From the NCBI GenBank assembly GCA_951406725.2, contig OX597817.1:78244001-78308000 (forward strand): DNA of 64,000 bases, in the 5' to 3' direction. Positions 1 through 13,777 of this stretch are shown piece by piece. The notes under the pieces are model-generated. The model was not told the DNA's origin. It did no database searches and saw only the letters and a program-made list of their open reading frames with translations. Made by a program: the position numbers and the translations under genes. Every line of letters starts with the position of its first letter. The first letter of the stretch is position 1. This DNA comes from Octopus vulgaris (taxonomy: Eukaryota).

Positions 1-639
1 AGATATTCTCATTCTAAAAATCATCTCCGACTAATCATTGAGAGAACGTTGATGTTGCCTTGGCAAGGTTTGCACTCTCTGAGTGTTTTTGTTATTATTA
101 AGTTGAGTATTTTGATGATTAGTGGTTTGATGATAGAACCTTAGTAGTTCTTAGTGTTGAACTGTAGGAATCAAACCATTCCGATCTTTGAAATAATCTC
201 ATTAAAAATTTTCTTAAATATTGTGTTGATATCCAATTTCAGTAAGTTTATATGTCCACTGGACGGTTTTACTTGTGGTCCTTAAAGGTAAAGTGAGGTT
301 ATTTTACAATATAGAATTTTGTACATGAAGTTGCAGTGAAATTTTCTGTTGATATTATTAAGGGTTTTCTTGTTACTGTATTTTGTAACTTGTAGTAATT
401 GCTAAACAATACAATGTATTTTAATATATTTCATACAAGTTTTCCATCTTAAGAAATTAGATTAAAAATTAGTCAATTTCCTGATATCTCAAAATATGAA
501 ATGTAACATGACTGGAATGAACTAGAGAGAAACTGTTTACAAGTCATTCAGATGGATTGAACTTGCAATTTAAAGGCTGGAACTGTCACACACTGTATCA
601 CACTGATTCTTCTTGGAAATTACACAAATGTACACGTAT

Positions 640-1381
640 CAATGGAATACTCAGCAATGTTTTGAGTGGCACAGGCACTACAAAAGCAGAAGAACGTCCC
701 TGGAAGATAATGAGTGATCTGGAAGACCTGCCATGAGTGGCACCCTTGGAAATGTGGTATTGTGCATCGAGAATTTGTCCCCCAGAACCAGACCAGTAGT
801 TGCGAGTTCCACTGTGACATTTTGAAGTGCTATTTTTTCGAGTTGAGGGAGGATATTCAGCAAAAGCAACCAGGATTGTGGAGTGCAAAAAATTGGATCC
901 TTCACAATGATAATTGTTATATCACATGTTCGGATGACCTCTACTCAACTTCTTGACGTCTAGACTTCTCCCTCTATATCTACATATTGGGCTAGCCTAT
1001 TTCATTGTCTGGGAGCATCAACACAACAATAATGTACCCTGTCACCAAGCTCACCTCACTCGTGAGTTTCTCACCAAAAACAACATGGTGTTGCTTCCAC
1101 ACCCACCTTATTTACCAGATTTAGCCCCTGCAGACTTCCATCTCTTTCTCACGATGAAAATGCAGTTCAAAGGTCACTGTTTTAAAACCATTGTTGAGAT
1201 CCAGAGCTACTCACAGAAAATGATTTCCAGGCCATATTCCAAAAGTGACAGGAATGCTGGGACCAGTGCATTGCTGTACAAGGCGACTATTTTGAAGGTG
1301 ATGATGGTAAAACTTATGTAAATAAGTTACTTATTTTTTTGTTAAACATAATTAGTCTGGGAACCTTTTTATACCACTTAT
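640..1381 (+). mobile_element. Decayed, internally deleted mariner transposon
   Basis: Translated pieces QCFEWHRHYKSRRTSLEDNE*SGRP, GIVHREFVPQNQT...LREDIQQKQPGLWSAKNWILHNDN and LLPHPPYLPDLAPADFHLF match mariner motifs (ERSGRP, LHHDN, HPPYSPDLAPSDF). TIR-like 3' end near 1350-1381. Confidence 0.9.
915..1021. mobile_element. 107-bp unidentified insertion in the mariner HDN codons with a 12-bp TSD
   Basis: cacaatgataat (903-914) and cacaacaataat (1022-1033) flank it; both derive from CACAACGATAAT by CpG decay. Confidence 0.6.
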
Positions 1382-1469
1382 GTCATTTATGTCTTCAAGG
1401 AGGTCCACTATGATTTGCAAGAAATTAGTTGCTAATTTTTGTGGGTTAGTGAATCCACAGAAGCGCTAA

Positions 1470-2504
1470 GGGTGATGGTGGTTGTAGTGTTAGTGATGTT
1501 GATGGTGGTGATGATGATGATGATGATGGCAGTGCTGTTAATAGTGGTAGTGATGATGGTGGCAAGAGTGTTGATGTGGATGGTCTTGGTGGTGTTGGTG
1601 TTGGTGGTATTGATAGTGGTGATGATGATGATGGTGGTGCTGATGGTGGTGGTGGTGGTGGTGTTGATGTTGGTAGTGGTGGTAGTGGTAGTAGTGGTGT
1701 TGATGTTGATGGTGGTTCATGATTGCAGTGGTGGTGTTGATGGTGGTGGCGGCAATGATAGTCATGTTGATGTTGGTGTTGGTGGTGTTGATGTTGGTGG
1801 TGGTGAGGTTGGCAGTGATAGTGTTAATGGTGGTGCATTGATGGTGTTAGTGGTGGTTGTGTTGATGGTGGTGTTGGTGGCATGATTTGCATTGTAGTGT
1901 AACCAATGGAGATGTTTGTGATAAAAGTCAAGTTGGTTTTTGATTCTGTCACAGTTTGAATGAGCAATAGCAGAATCTTGTTCAATTCAAGAACATCAGC
2001 ATCAATAGAAACAGTAAAACTCACAGTATGAACAATATCAACAACAACAACAAGTACAATGGCAACAATAACAGTAACAACATTAGTAGCAACTTTTGTA
2101 GCAGAAATTCTTGTTGTAGCAGCATCAGTAGTAGTAGTAATAGTAGTAGTAGTAGTAGTAGCAGCAGCAGTAGCAACAGTACTAGCAGCAGTAGCAGTTG
2201 TAGCAATACCAGTAATATTAGCAATGGTAGTAGTCATTGTTGTTGTAGTAGTGGTGGTAGTAGTAATAGTAGTGGTATTAGTTGTAGTAGTAGTAGTAGC
2301 AGCAGCAGTAATAGTAGTAGTAGTAGTAGTATTAGTAGTAGTAGCAGCAGCAGCAGCAGTAGCAACACCAACAGCAGTAGTAGCAGCAGCAGAGGCAGCA
2401 GCAGCAGCAGTAGTAGTAGTAGCAGTTGTAGTAATAGCAGTCATATTAGCAATGATAGTAGTCATCATTGTTGTAGTAGTTGTGGTAGTAGTGGTATTAT
2501 TATG

Positions 2505-2541
<37 letters not shown>

Positions 2542-2546
2542 TATTA

Positions 2547-2621
<75 letters not shown>

Positions 2622-3246
2622 CAGCAGCAGCAGCAGCATTTTCTTTCTTCCGCAAGACGTTTTCCATGTCGTTTGTATGTCAGTATAAGTGTGTTTGTGT
2701 TAAATTCGATTTTTTTTCCCTTTAAAAACCTCTTTATTTTGTTCATTAATTTATTTCTTTATATATTTACATATTTATTTAATAGCAGTGAAGGTTAAAG
2801 GTTAGCCAAGAGAGGGAGGTGGGCCGTGGTGGTGGCGGCGGTGGTTATAACAGTGGTGATGGTGGTGGTGGTGGTGGCAAAATGCAGAGGATTTTCTTGC
2901 AGTGTCGAAGTCACTTTAGTACACAAAACTATCATTGCCCCGAAGGCCCGAACTAGTGCACTTAGTGGAGTGGTATTGTACGTTAAGTCGGTGAGGGTAG
3001 GTTGATGGAGAGGTGGAGAGGGAGAGAGAGAAAGAGAGAGAAAGAATGATGATGAGGAAAATGAGGAAGGGAAGAGGGGAGGTGTGCAACAGAGAACAGA
3101 AGTGTGCAGTGAGAAGAGAAAGCAGGGGAAATTGACATGAGGCGTGCAAGCAGGGGGGAGGGACGTGGCGATGGAAAACATGGAAGGAAGGAGGAAGGGA
3201 AGTAAAAGTGACATAAGAAAGGTAAAGAGATAATAATAATAATAAT

Positions 3247-3294
<48 letters not shown>

Positions 3295-3333
3295 TGGGGA
3301 GGGATGATGGAGGAGCCATGCAGTGACAATGCA

Positions 3334-3388
<55 letters not shown>

Positions 3389-3414
3389 TATATAACTTTT
3401 CATATTTACTTTTC

Positions 3415-3466
<52 letters not shown>

Positions 3467-3930
3467 GTTATTGTTATTATTATTATTTCCCCACCTCTTC
3501 TTTTCTGTGAAGGAAACAGCATGAAACAATGGAAAGCACTTGCTTACACTCTTGAAATTTAATTGAATTAAATAATAATAATTATCATTATAAAAAATAA
3601 AATAAATGTTGATTACAAGAAGAAGAAGAAGAAGAAGAAGAAGAAGAAGAAGAAGAAGAAGAAGAAGAAGAAGAAGAAGAAGAAGAAGAAGAAAAAGAAG
3701 GATGATGATGATAAATGAATAAATAAATAAATGCAATAATAAATATAATAATTTATAATGTTGATGGTGACGATATCAGAAAAATACTAAAGACAATGAT
3801 GATGATAGTGGTGGTGGTGGTGGGGATATGATGATGAGGGTGATGATGATGATGATGGTGAATTTACTAAGAACAATAACAATAATAGTAATGATAACAA
3901 TAATAATAACAACAACTACTACTGCAGCAA
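1470..3930. repeat. Compound microsatellite field: (GGT/GAT)n, (AGT/AGC)n, (ATT)n, (TA)n, (GAA)n
   Basis: Directly visible; includes a ~230-bp internal duplication (2193-2280 vs 2422-2500). Confidence 0.95.
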
Positions 3931-4199
3931 GAATTGAAAACAAATTTTCATAGAGGTTCATAAACTCCACACAGTTTCTATGACAATAGCTTAGAAGCTG
4001 TGAGCATGCAAGGAACCGATGTGTGCATTTGTGCATCAACAGGCAACAGGGTGAGAAGCCAATGGAAGTGAGTCTATAGGGTCACTCAAAGTAAGAGAAA
4101 TAGCTGACAAATCTCCCTCAAAACACATTCCTGCTATTTAAACCTTTTGATAATCATTCAGTTGATGCTGTTTTTGGTTCTATGAAATAATTTTCCTGT

Positions 4200-5340
4200 T
4201 TCAAAGTGTTTTGAATTTAATACCTTTCATTAAAATTTCATGTTAATTTATTTAACAAATAACATCTTGATAAATTCTTCATTATTTTTGAAATCAGTGT
4301 ATTTCTAGCAAAACATGGTAACAAAAGTGCTAAAGTGATCTAAAAACTCGCCTTTAAAATTTCATGCAAGTTTATGTAACAATTAACATCTTAATAAGGA
4401 TGAAGTTATTTTGAAACATTCTTTGTTATCATCAAAATTTCGCATCCTTTTCAAACCTAGCCAGGCTCATGGGCCCAGTTTCCTAGTTTCTGTGGCGTAT
4501 GTGTTCCCCACAGCTGGACGGGACGCCAGTCCATCACAGTGTTACTCAAGAAACAGGAAGAGAGAGCGAGAGAAAGTTGTGGCGAAAGAGTACAACAGGG
4601 GTCACCACCACACCCTGTCAGAGCCTCATAGAGCTTTAGGTGTTTGCGCTCAATAAACACAAACAACGCCCAGGCTGGGAATTGAAACTGCGATCCTCCG
4701 ATTGTGAGTCCGCTGCCCTAACTACTGGGCCATTGCACCTCCACATTATCAAAATTAATCTATATGAAATCAATGTATTTGAAGAGAAATATGCTGACAG
4801 AAGCGTTAAAGTGATCAAAAATACAATCTTCCATTAAAATTTCCTGTTAATTTGTGTACTGCTTATCACCTTAATAATGATGAAATTATTTCAATAAATA
4901 CTTCATTATTTTTAAAATTAATTTAAACAAAATCAGTGTATTTCAAGAGAGATATGGCAACAGAAGTGTTAATGTAAAATAAGCTATAAGCTTCCCTACA
5001 AAATTTCATGTTAATTTATGTACCAAGTAACATCTTAATAATGATGGAATTATTTTGATAAATTCTTCACTATTTTCAAGATTAACCCTTTAAACAAAAT
5101 CAGTGTATTATACGAGAAATATGGTAACGAAAGGGTTAAAGTGATCTAAAAGAGACCGATAGAATAAGTACTAGGCTTACAAAGAATAAGTCCTGGGGTC
5201 GATTTGCTCAACTAAAGGTGGTGCTCCAGCATGGCCACAGTCAAATGACTGAAACAAATAAAAGAATAAAGGAGTTAAAGCAGTCAAAATTAAAACTCCA
5301 TTAAAATTTCTTGTTAATTTATGTACCAAACAACAAGACA
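4200..5340 (+). repeat. Tandem array of an AT-rich ~150-170 bp unit, interrupted by SINEs
   Basis: aaaatttcatgttaattta...aaattcttcattatttt...cagtgtatttc...atatggtaac..aaag(g)gttaa recurs near 4230, 4355, 4835, 5000 and 5300, and again at 9990, 10710, 11380 and 12060. The AAAGGGTTAA end is piggyBac-like. Confidence 0.75.
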
Positions 5341-5371
5341 ATCATTACAGTTTATCTTTAGCATATCTTTA

Positions 5372-5593
5372 CCTTTAGCATTTAAACTAGCCATATCCAG
5401 CCATGATATTCTACCTGTTTTATGTTCATAGTAGCCAGATCCAGCCTCTCACACCTACCCTACAATGTCATTCTAAAAGTAAACATTCATATTATTGAAA
5501 TCTCAAAGCGACAAGATAATAAATGATTAATTCAAAGCAATATCAATAAATAAGCTACACAATGGACAGAGAAACCTGAATGCTAAAAGGTTA
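5372..5593 (-). mobile_element. piggyBac-type MITE
   Basis: Ends cctttagcatt / aatgctaaaagg; same family as 10199-10683 and 45843-46360. Confidence 0.6.
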
Positions 5594-7417
5594 GCAAAGT
5601 CTTGCATATTGTTATTATATTTTTCTATTCTATTTACAGATTATATCTGTAAAGTTCATGTCAGCTGGTCTCTTTCTTCACTTGAAAATCCTTGTTTCAC
5701 CAGATTGTCATTTAGACATTTACTCTCACAGCCAATTTCACTCTTTTACTCATTTACTTGTTTCAGTCATTTGACTGTGGCCATGTTGGAGCAACGCTTT
5801 TTAGTCTAGCAAATCGACCCCAGGACTTATTCTTTGTGAACCTAGTATTGAGGATACATGTTGTATCCTCAATAAAAGAGTGACATAATTCACATTTGCA
5901 GTTACATCTTGAGGGTTTCAGGGCTTCACCATCCTGTTTATTTATTAGGTACTTCGTAGAGAGTGCTTCCGCTTGGATTTCAAATGAGTAGCCCCCTTGA
6001 AGTCTTGTATATAATCATATATATGTATATGCATGCATGAAGAAAGGTGTGTATGACAGTAAGTACATATGTAGGAATACATATATACATGTCTGTTGGA
6101 ATGCATACATGAATGTATTTCTGTAAGCATGTATGTATGCATGTATGAATGTATGTACTCATGTTTTAATATATGCCCCTATGCATATATGTATGCATGC
6201 ATGTATGTATGAATGTATGTATGTATGCATGCATGCATGTCTGTACATAGTGTTTGAACATAGGTATACATGTATTAATATATAATCCTACATGTATATT
6301 TATGTTTGTATATATGTATATATGTATGTATGCTTGTATGAATGTAAGTATGTATGCATGTAAGTCTGTTTGTATGTATACACGTATGCTCATATGTATG
6401 CATGTATTAATGTATATTGCTATATGTGTATGTACATATGTATGTATATCCTTTTGTTTGTATATATATGTATGAACATATGTATGAACATATGTATGCA
6501 TGTATTAATGTGCATCACTACATGTGTATGTATGTATGCATATATGTATGAAGGTAAGTATGTATGTATGTATGTATGTATACATGTATGTATGCATATC
6601 CCATGAATATATAAAAGTTTGTACATATGCATGCATACAGGTAAGCATGCATGCACATAAGTATATATGCATGTAATTACATCAGTCTGTAGGTGTGTAT
6701 ATGTGAATGTAAATAAGTATGCTAATATATATGTATGTGTGTATATATGAATAAATATACGGATGTATATATATCAAGCTTCTTACTGTAGATTCTAATC
6801 ATACGAGAACCAACTGCATATTCTATTTTAATTCTATGTTATAGCTATATTTTTTCTCCCTGATTCCTTCAAAATGGTAAAACTTAAATTTTCCATAGAC
6901 CAACTTCTGTTAATCAATAGAACTTTCCTGATCATAAAAGCTCAGACAATTAATTTTATTTATCACCTTCGTTTATGGGATAAATAAATATTTCGATCTA
7001 TGTATATTATATGAGCCTGGGTGCATGTATATGTGTATGTGTGTGTGTATGTGTGTATGTATCTACACACACAAACACATGCACAGACACACACACATAT
7101 ATATACATATATCTATCTATCTATATATATTTATAGGCAGATAGATAGATAGAGGAGAGTATGTTTAAGTGCATATATATATATATATATACCCATCTAT
7201 CTATCTATCTATCCATATGCATGCACATATATATATATATATATGTACTTAACTTAAATATATTTATTTAAATGCATATAAATAAATATATTTTTTAAAT
7301 ATGTATGTATCTACGAATATACATACATGCATATGTAGGTACATACACACACACATATATATACATACATAAATACATACATATATATATATATATATAT
7401 GCATATATATATTTATA

Positions 7418-7501
<84 letters not shown>

Positions 7502-8009
7502 CATATATATACATATACATACACACTGAATTACACACATGCATACAAGTATTTGCCTATTAACATTCCAGCCTCATATCAGTAAAGCTATATGGAAAGC
7601 ATTCGACAACGACAATAAAATTAATTTATCATAAAATTTAAACTACAGTCTGTCCATAAAGGAAGAATGTACACACTTGAATCCATCCATATGCATGTAA
7701 TTATATATGTTTACATACATGTTAACATACTTGCAACTAAATACTATATACTGATAACCCCTATGACTCAAACACATGCACACATGTATGCACCCTTCCA
7801 CATACACACACATAGTTGATTTCTAAGGGAGAGATGTTCGGACAAGTTTGTGTTGCATTTGGCATATTAATAGGTTTCCAAGTAACATCTTAAATGGTAA
7901 AACAAATTTTAATTTCAGATGTTAAATAGTCACTTAGTCATTGTCACAATCGCCCTCCTCCTCCTCCTTCTCCTCCTCCTCCTCATCATCATCATCATCA
8001 TCGTCGTCG

Positions 8010-8069
<60 letters not shown>

Positions 8070-8805
8070 CCATTATCTTCGTCATCGTCGTCGCCGTCGT
8101 CGTTGTCGTCATCACCACCACTATCATCATCATCATCATCATCATAGTCATCACCACCACCACCGTTACTACCACCACCAACTCTATCATCATCCTTATC
8201 CTTATTATCACCTCCACCACCACCACCACCATTATCATCATCATCATCACCACCGTCGTCATTGGTGTTCGTCATCATCATTGTATGTCTGTTTGTATGT
8301 ATACATGTATACATAGGCATGTGGCTTAATGGCTTTAATGGTTAAAGTGTTCAACTCACAATTGTAAGGTGGGGAGTTCAATTCCCGGTGGTGCATTATG
8401 TCCTTGAGGAAGACGCTTTATTTTATGTTGCTCTAATCCACTCAGCTGGCAAAAAAATCAGTAGTACTTGTAATTCTCAGGTCCAACCTTATCATATGCA
8501 AAGAGTATGCATGTCTAAGGAGCGCTCAGCCACTTCCATGCTAATTTCATGAGCAGGTTGTTCCATTGATCAGATCAGCTGGAGCAGTCTTCATAAGCAA
8601 TGGAGAGCCAGGTCATCATCATTGTTGTTATCATTATTGTTGTCATCATCATCATCGATGCCATCTTCATCTTCATCATCATCATCATCATCATTCATCA
8701 TCATCATCATCATCGTCATCACCATCATCGTTGTCGTCGTCGTCGTTGTCATCATCATTGTCATCATCATCATCATCATCATCATTATCAACGTTGTTAT
8801 CACCG

Positions 8806-9238
8806 TCATTTGATTCAGTCATTAGACTGTGGCCACGCTGGGGCACTGTCTTGAAGAATTTTAGTTGAAAGAATCTACCCCAGCACTTATTTTTCTTTTT
8901 AAGCTTGGTACTTATTTTATTGGTCTCCTCTGTCAAACCACAAGGTGATGGGAATGCAAACAGACCAACAGCAGTTGTCACGCAGTGGTGGGGAACAAAC
9001 ACATACACCAAGACACACACACACATACACACACATAGATACACACATACACGTGCATGCACACAGATGAGTGTATTTGTGTATGACACTTCTGTTTCTG
9101 TATGTGTATGACACCTCAGTTTCTGTCTACCAAATCCACTCCCAAGGCTTTACCCAGCACAAAGCTAAAGTAGAAAACGCTTGCTAAGAGTGCCACACAG
9201 AGAGACTAAACCCAGGTGGTTGGTAAGCACAGCCATGC
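8806..9238 (-). mobile_element. SINE family A, diverged copy
   Basis: Reverse-complement similarity to the 36060-36483 copy. Confidence 0.8.
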
Positions 9239-10198
9239 TTTTACAAAATGAATAAGCTTCCACACAGATCTTACCATTTTTCTTCCAAATTTTACTCACA
9301 AAACATCAGTCAACCCAAAGCCCTCATAGGAGACATTTTCTCAATGTACTAGGCAGTGGAATCAATCCCAGAACCACAGAACTGTGAAACAAACTCTGTC
9401 TCTTATACAGCCATACATGCAATTCTAAATGATGACAATCAGTTCAGGTTTTCTGATAGAGTTCCTATTTTAGAACTTGTTGATAGAATTTCGGTACAGT
9501 TATAAATATTTTACTCCGCACTGGTTTTTCATTTTGCATTTGGTGTGCTAAATCTAAGCTGTTATCTTTCAATATGTGTAGAGAAATGCATAAAATATGG
9601 AGAAAAGGATCAAAATCTATTATTTTTATAGAAATATACTTATTTTATTTTATTTTTGAATATATTCTTCACCTCAAAGAAATATTTTTTGGAAACATAT
9701 CTTAAAATACTTAGTCACTGAAAAAAAACACTACATGATCGTAAAACATGCTAGAAATAGCAGCCAAATCTGTCTAAATTTGTTCCTTACCATCATGGAA
9801 AACAATGGGGAAGGTTGTACTGTATTACTGTATAATATAGTGTTAGGTAACTTTAAAGGACAAGAATTTCATAATCGAAATAGCTTTGAGCATAAGACAG
9901 TGTAACTCTTTTCATACCACCCTGCCAAAGACTGCCTCTTGTTCTATGTTACAAATTCACTGTTTAAAAGTGATTTAAATTATAACCTTCCATCAAAATT
10001 TCATGTCATTTTTATGTTCCAAACACTAGCATAATAATAGTAAATTTATTTTACTAAATTCTTCATTATTTTCCAAAATTAATTGAAACTAAAGTAATGT
10101 ATTTCAACAGAAATATGACAAACAAAAAAAGTTATCCATTTTGGTACCAACCCACCTGAGAGTACATTTGGTTCTATGATACAAACTTCTTATTTTAA

Positions 10199-10683
10199 CC
10201 CTTTAGCATTCAGGTTGCATTATCAAATGTAAAAAAATAAAAAACATATGTGCCCTTTTAAAGCCTAGCCAGGCTCATGGGCCTGGTTTCCTGCTTTCTA
10301 TGGCATATGTGTTCCCCAGCTGGATGGGATGCCAGTCCATCGCAGCGTTACTCATTTTTGCCATCTGAGTGGACTGGAGCAACATGAAATGAAGTGTTTT
10401 GCTCAAGAACACAACGCATCCCATGGTCCAGGAATCGAAACCACAATCTTATGATCATGATGCTGACACCCTAACCACTAAGCCATATGCCTCCACTCTA
10501 TGTAATGTAATGCTTATTTATACACATTACTTTGAATTAATCATGTATCACATCGCAGCTTCAAGATTTTGATATGATTGTTTATTTTTTGTAAGATTGA
10601 TGTGAGAGGTTGGATCTGGCCAGTTTGAACATAAGATGGGTAGAATATTTGGGCCAGAACTGACCAGTTTAATTACCAAAGGG
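10199..10683 (+). mobile_element. piggyBac-type MITE with a nested family C SINE
   Basis: TTAA-ccctttagcatt start and caaaggg-ttga end; SINE inserted at ~10243-10500. Confidence 0.65.
10245..10495 (-). mobile_element. tRNA-derived SINE family C
   Basis: Minus strand reads ggaggcatatggcttagtggttagg (A box)...gtttcgattcc (B box), then gcgatggactggcatcccatccag. Related copies at 4450-4743, 8315-8600, 35525-35830, 39279-39495 and 49997-50296. Confidence 0.9.
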
Positions 10684-10844
10684 TTGAAGAACCGAAGTTG
10701 AAGTCTTCCATCAAAATGTTATGTTAATTTATGTTCCAAACACTAGCTTAATTATGACCAAGTTATTTTCCTAAATTCTTCATTATTAATATATCTTTTT
10801 TGGTACTAACACATCTGAGATCACTCCTGGTTCTAGGTGGGCTA

Positions 10845-11363
10845 AGGGAGCAATCTTGTTCATTGCATACCCTCCTCCCCAATAGTTTGAAGGCTTGTAC
10901 CACCAAACAGCTGATTGGCTCTGGCTGCTGGAACTGAAACTAACATGATGCTGTTGGAAGGTAGGTTTAGAGAGGGTGCAGACCAAAACTATGCATACTG
11001 CCTCTCCATTGGTCAGTTGAAGCTTAGATAGTTTCATGTGACAGTTAGCTGGTGCTGGTTGCTGAAGCCTACCAGCAAGTATTTAAAGGGAAATTTGGCA
11101 GGATGGTCATTCACTTGCTGACATTTGTTGACGCTGCATCAAAGAAACCAAAGAACACAAGGGCTAAGAAAAATGGAGAAAGAAAAACACACTCAAACAC
11201 CAGAGCTGAAGACACCTCCATAAAGGGGAGCCCCACCACATCAAAAACCGTAGAGGAGTAGGGGCTGAAACTAGACGTGGTTCCTCTTGATGATGTTTTC
11301 AGTCACTGGATCCTATAAAGGAGCTGTAGAGGTAGTGAACCATGAAACATGGTTGGAATTCCT
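10845..11363 (+). mobile_element. Possible Penelope-like terminal-repeat remnant with two degenerate hammerhead-like motifs
   Basis: Higher-GC block interrupting the AT-rich repeat. CTGAAGA at 11206 ... agcccc/ggggct GAAA at 11267; TTGATGA at 11287 ... GAAACATG at 11344. Helices are imperfect. Confidence 0.3.
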
Positions 11364-11429
11364 AAATTGAAACTTTCCGTCAAAATTTCTTGTTGATTTA
11401 TGTTCTAAACACTAGCTTAATAATTTCAA

Positions 11430-12052
11430 ATTTTGGCCCAAGGTTAGCAGTTTCTGAGCGCAGGGAGAGGCTAATTACATCAACCACAGTACTTGACTCC
11501 TACTTATTTTATCGACTCCAAAAGAATGAAAGGCAAAGTCAACCTTGGGGGAACTTGAGCTGAGAACATAAAGACTAATGAAGTGTTGCTAAGTTTTTTG
11601 TCCAGCATGGTAACAACTCTGCTAGCTCACCATCAAACATGAGCTTAATAATGATTTCAAGTTTTTACCACAAGGGCTGCTTGTGGGAGAGGATTAGGGT
11701 CAATTACATGCATAACTAGTACTTATTTAATTGACACCGAAAGGATGAAAGGCAATGTCGACCTTGGTGGAATTTGAACTCAGAACAGAGTCACAGATGA
11801 AATACTGCTAAGCATTTTTCCCAGCGTGCTAACGACTCTTTTCTGCTCTAGGCACAAGGCCTGAAACTTTTGGAGAGAGAGCCAGTTGATTAGATCGACC
11901 CCAGTACACAACTGGTTCTTAATTTATTGATCACGAAAGGATGAAAGGCAAAGTCGACCTCGGTGGAATTTGAACTCAGAATGTAAAGACAGACGAAATA
12001 CTGCTAAGCATTTTGCCCAGTGTGCTAATGATTCTGCCAGCTTGCCACCTTC
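11430..12052 (-). mobile_element. Cluster of tandem partial SINE family B copies
   Basis: gaaaggatgaaaggcaaagtcgacctcggtggaatttgaactcagaa recurs near 11520, 11740 and 11935. Confidence 0.85.
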
Positions 12053-12237
12053 ACACGAGCTTAATAATGACAGTTCTTTTATAAAATTCTTCATTCTTTT
12101 TAAAATTGATTAAAACAAAGGCAGAGTATTTCACCTTCATATACACACACCCATACACATGCCGTTGCTCATGCACATGCACACACACACATTCCCATAC
12201 ATACATTCTCACACACAAATACATTCACACACACATA

Positions 12238-12291
<54 letters not shown>

Positions 12292-13487
12292 AACACAAAC
12301 ATTCTCTCTTTCTTTCTCTCTCTTACACATACTCTTCCACTCTCTTTCACACACACACACAAACACACTCTCTTTCTTTCTCCACAACCCACATAGACTT
12401 TTTTCTCTCTCACACACACACATCTGCTTTCTCTCTCTTTCACACACAGACATACATACATACATACATGCACACACATACATACACACATATGTACATA
12501 CACAAACACACTCTCTTTCTCTCTCACACACACATACACTTCCTCTCACTTTCACACACACACACATACACACACACACACACACACACTAGACCAATAG
12601 AATAAGTACTAGGCTTACAAAGAATAAGTCCTGGGGTTGATTTGTTTGACTAAAGGCGGTGCTCCAGCATGGACTCAGTCAAAAACTGAAAACAAGAATG
12701 CATGTTCACACACACACACATACACACACACACACACATACACACACACACACGCAAACACTCTTTCTCTCTCATGCGTGTACACACACACAAACACAAA
12801 CATACATACAAAATAACCAGATATATAAAAAATTAGCCCAAATGAAAATACTGACCCAGTTGATGTAGGATACTTTTTTTCTTTCCTTTACTTCTTAAAA
12901 ACAGGGAGAAAGGAAGAGAAAGTGTGAAATAGAGAAAGAGATGGAGAGACAAAGAGGGAAAAAGAAAGAATGTGAGAAAGAGAGAGAGAGAATGTTAGAG
13001 AGAGAAATAAGGGCTGGAATGGAGTAAGATTTAATCTCGTGTTACTTCATATACAACACAGGAGATCAATCAAGGAAATAGTGATCCCAAAGGTAGCTGC
13101 AGTTATTAGTTCAAATTTCATTCATCAAACAGCGTTATGTCTTTTGGATGTCAGATCTAGCATTTACTTTCACATATGGCTCCTTTAGAAGTTAGTTTCC
13201 AGCAGGAAATCCCTGCTATAAGAACTTATTCAACCAATAGAAGTAATTAAGATATTGACCCAGTTTTGTTGTAATACACACACACAAACATACTCACACA
13301 CATACATGATATGTACATACGTATATATATACATATATAGGTAGGTAAGTATGTTTGTATGCAATGTAATGTATACAATAGGGCAACAAGAAATACCACA
13401 GGGAGCTTTCTGTATAGTACATATACATGTGTATGTGTGTGTTTGTGTGTGTACACGTGTGTGTGTATGTGATATATATGCATTTGC

Positions 13488-13521
<34 letters not shown>

Positions 13522-13614
13522 GTGTATACATATGTACATATATATTTTCATATACATACAATTATATATATATTTATATATATTTATATACATATATATA
13601 CATATATTTATATA

Positions 13615-13777
13615 CACTCTCGGAGTGGTTGGCGTTAGGAAGGGCATCCAGCTGTAGAAACACTGCCAGATCTGACTGGCCTGGTGCAGCCTTCGGGCTC
13701 CCCAGACCCCAGTTGAACTGTCCAACCCATGCTAGCATGGAAAACGGACGCTAAATGATGATGATGATGATGATGAT
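13615..13777 (+). mobile_element. (GAT)n-tailed short retroposon, family D
   Basis: gagtggttggcgttaggaagggcatccagctgtagaaa...ccaacccatgctagcatggaaa..gacgytaaa(tga)n. Copies at 18453-18636, 39505-39697 and 45970-46263, with diverged minus-strand copies near 44090 and 49120. Confidence 0.85.

Noticed and set aside
4200-5340. Regularly spaced repeats as a CRISPR array
   Set aside because: Long degenerate units with no unique spacers, in eukaryotic context with no cas genes.
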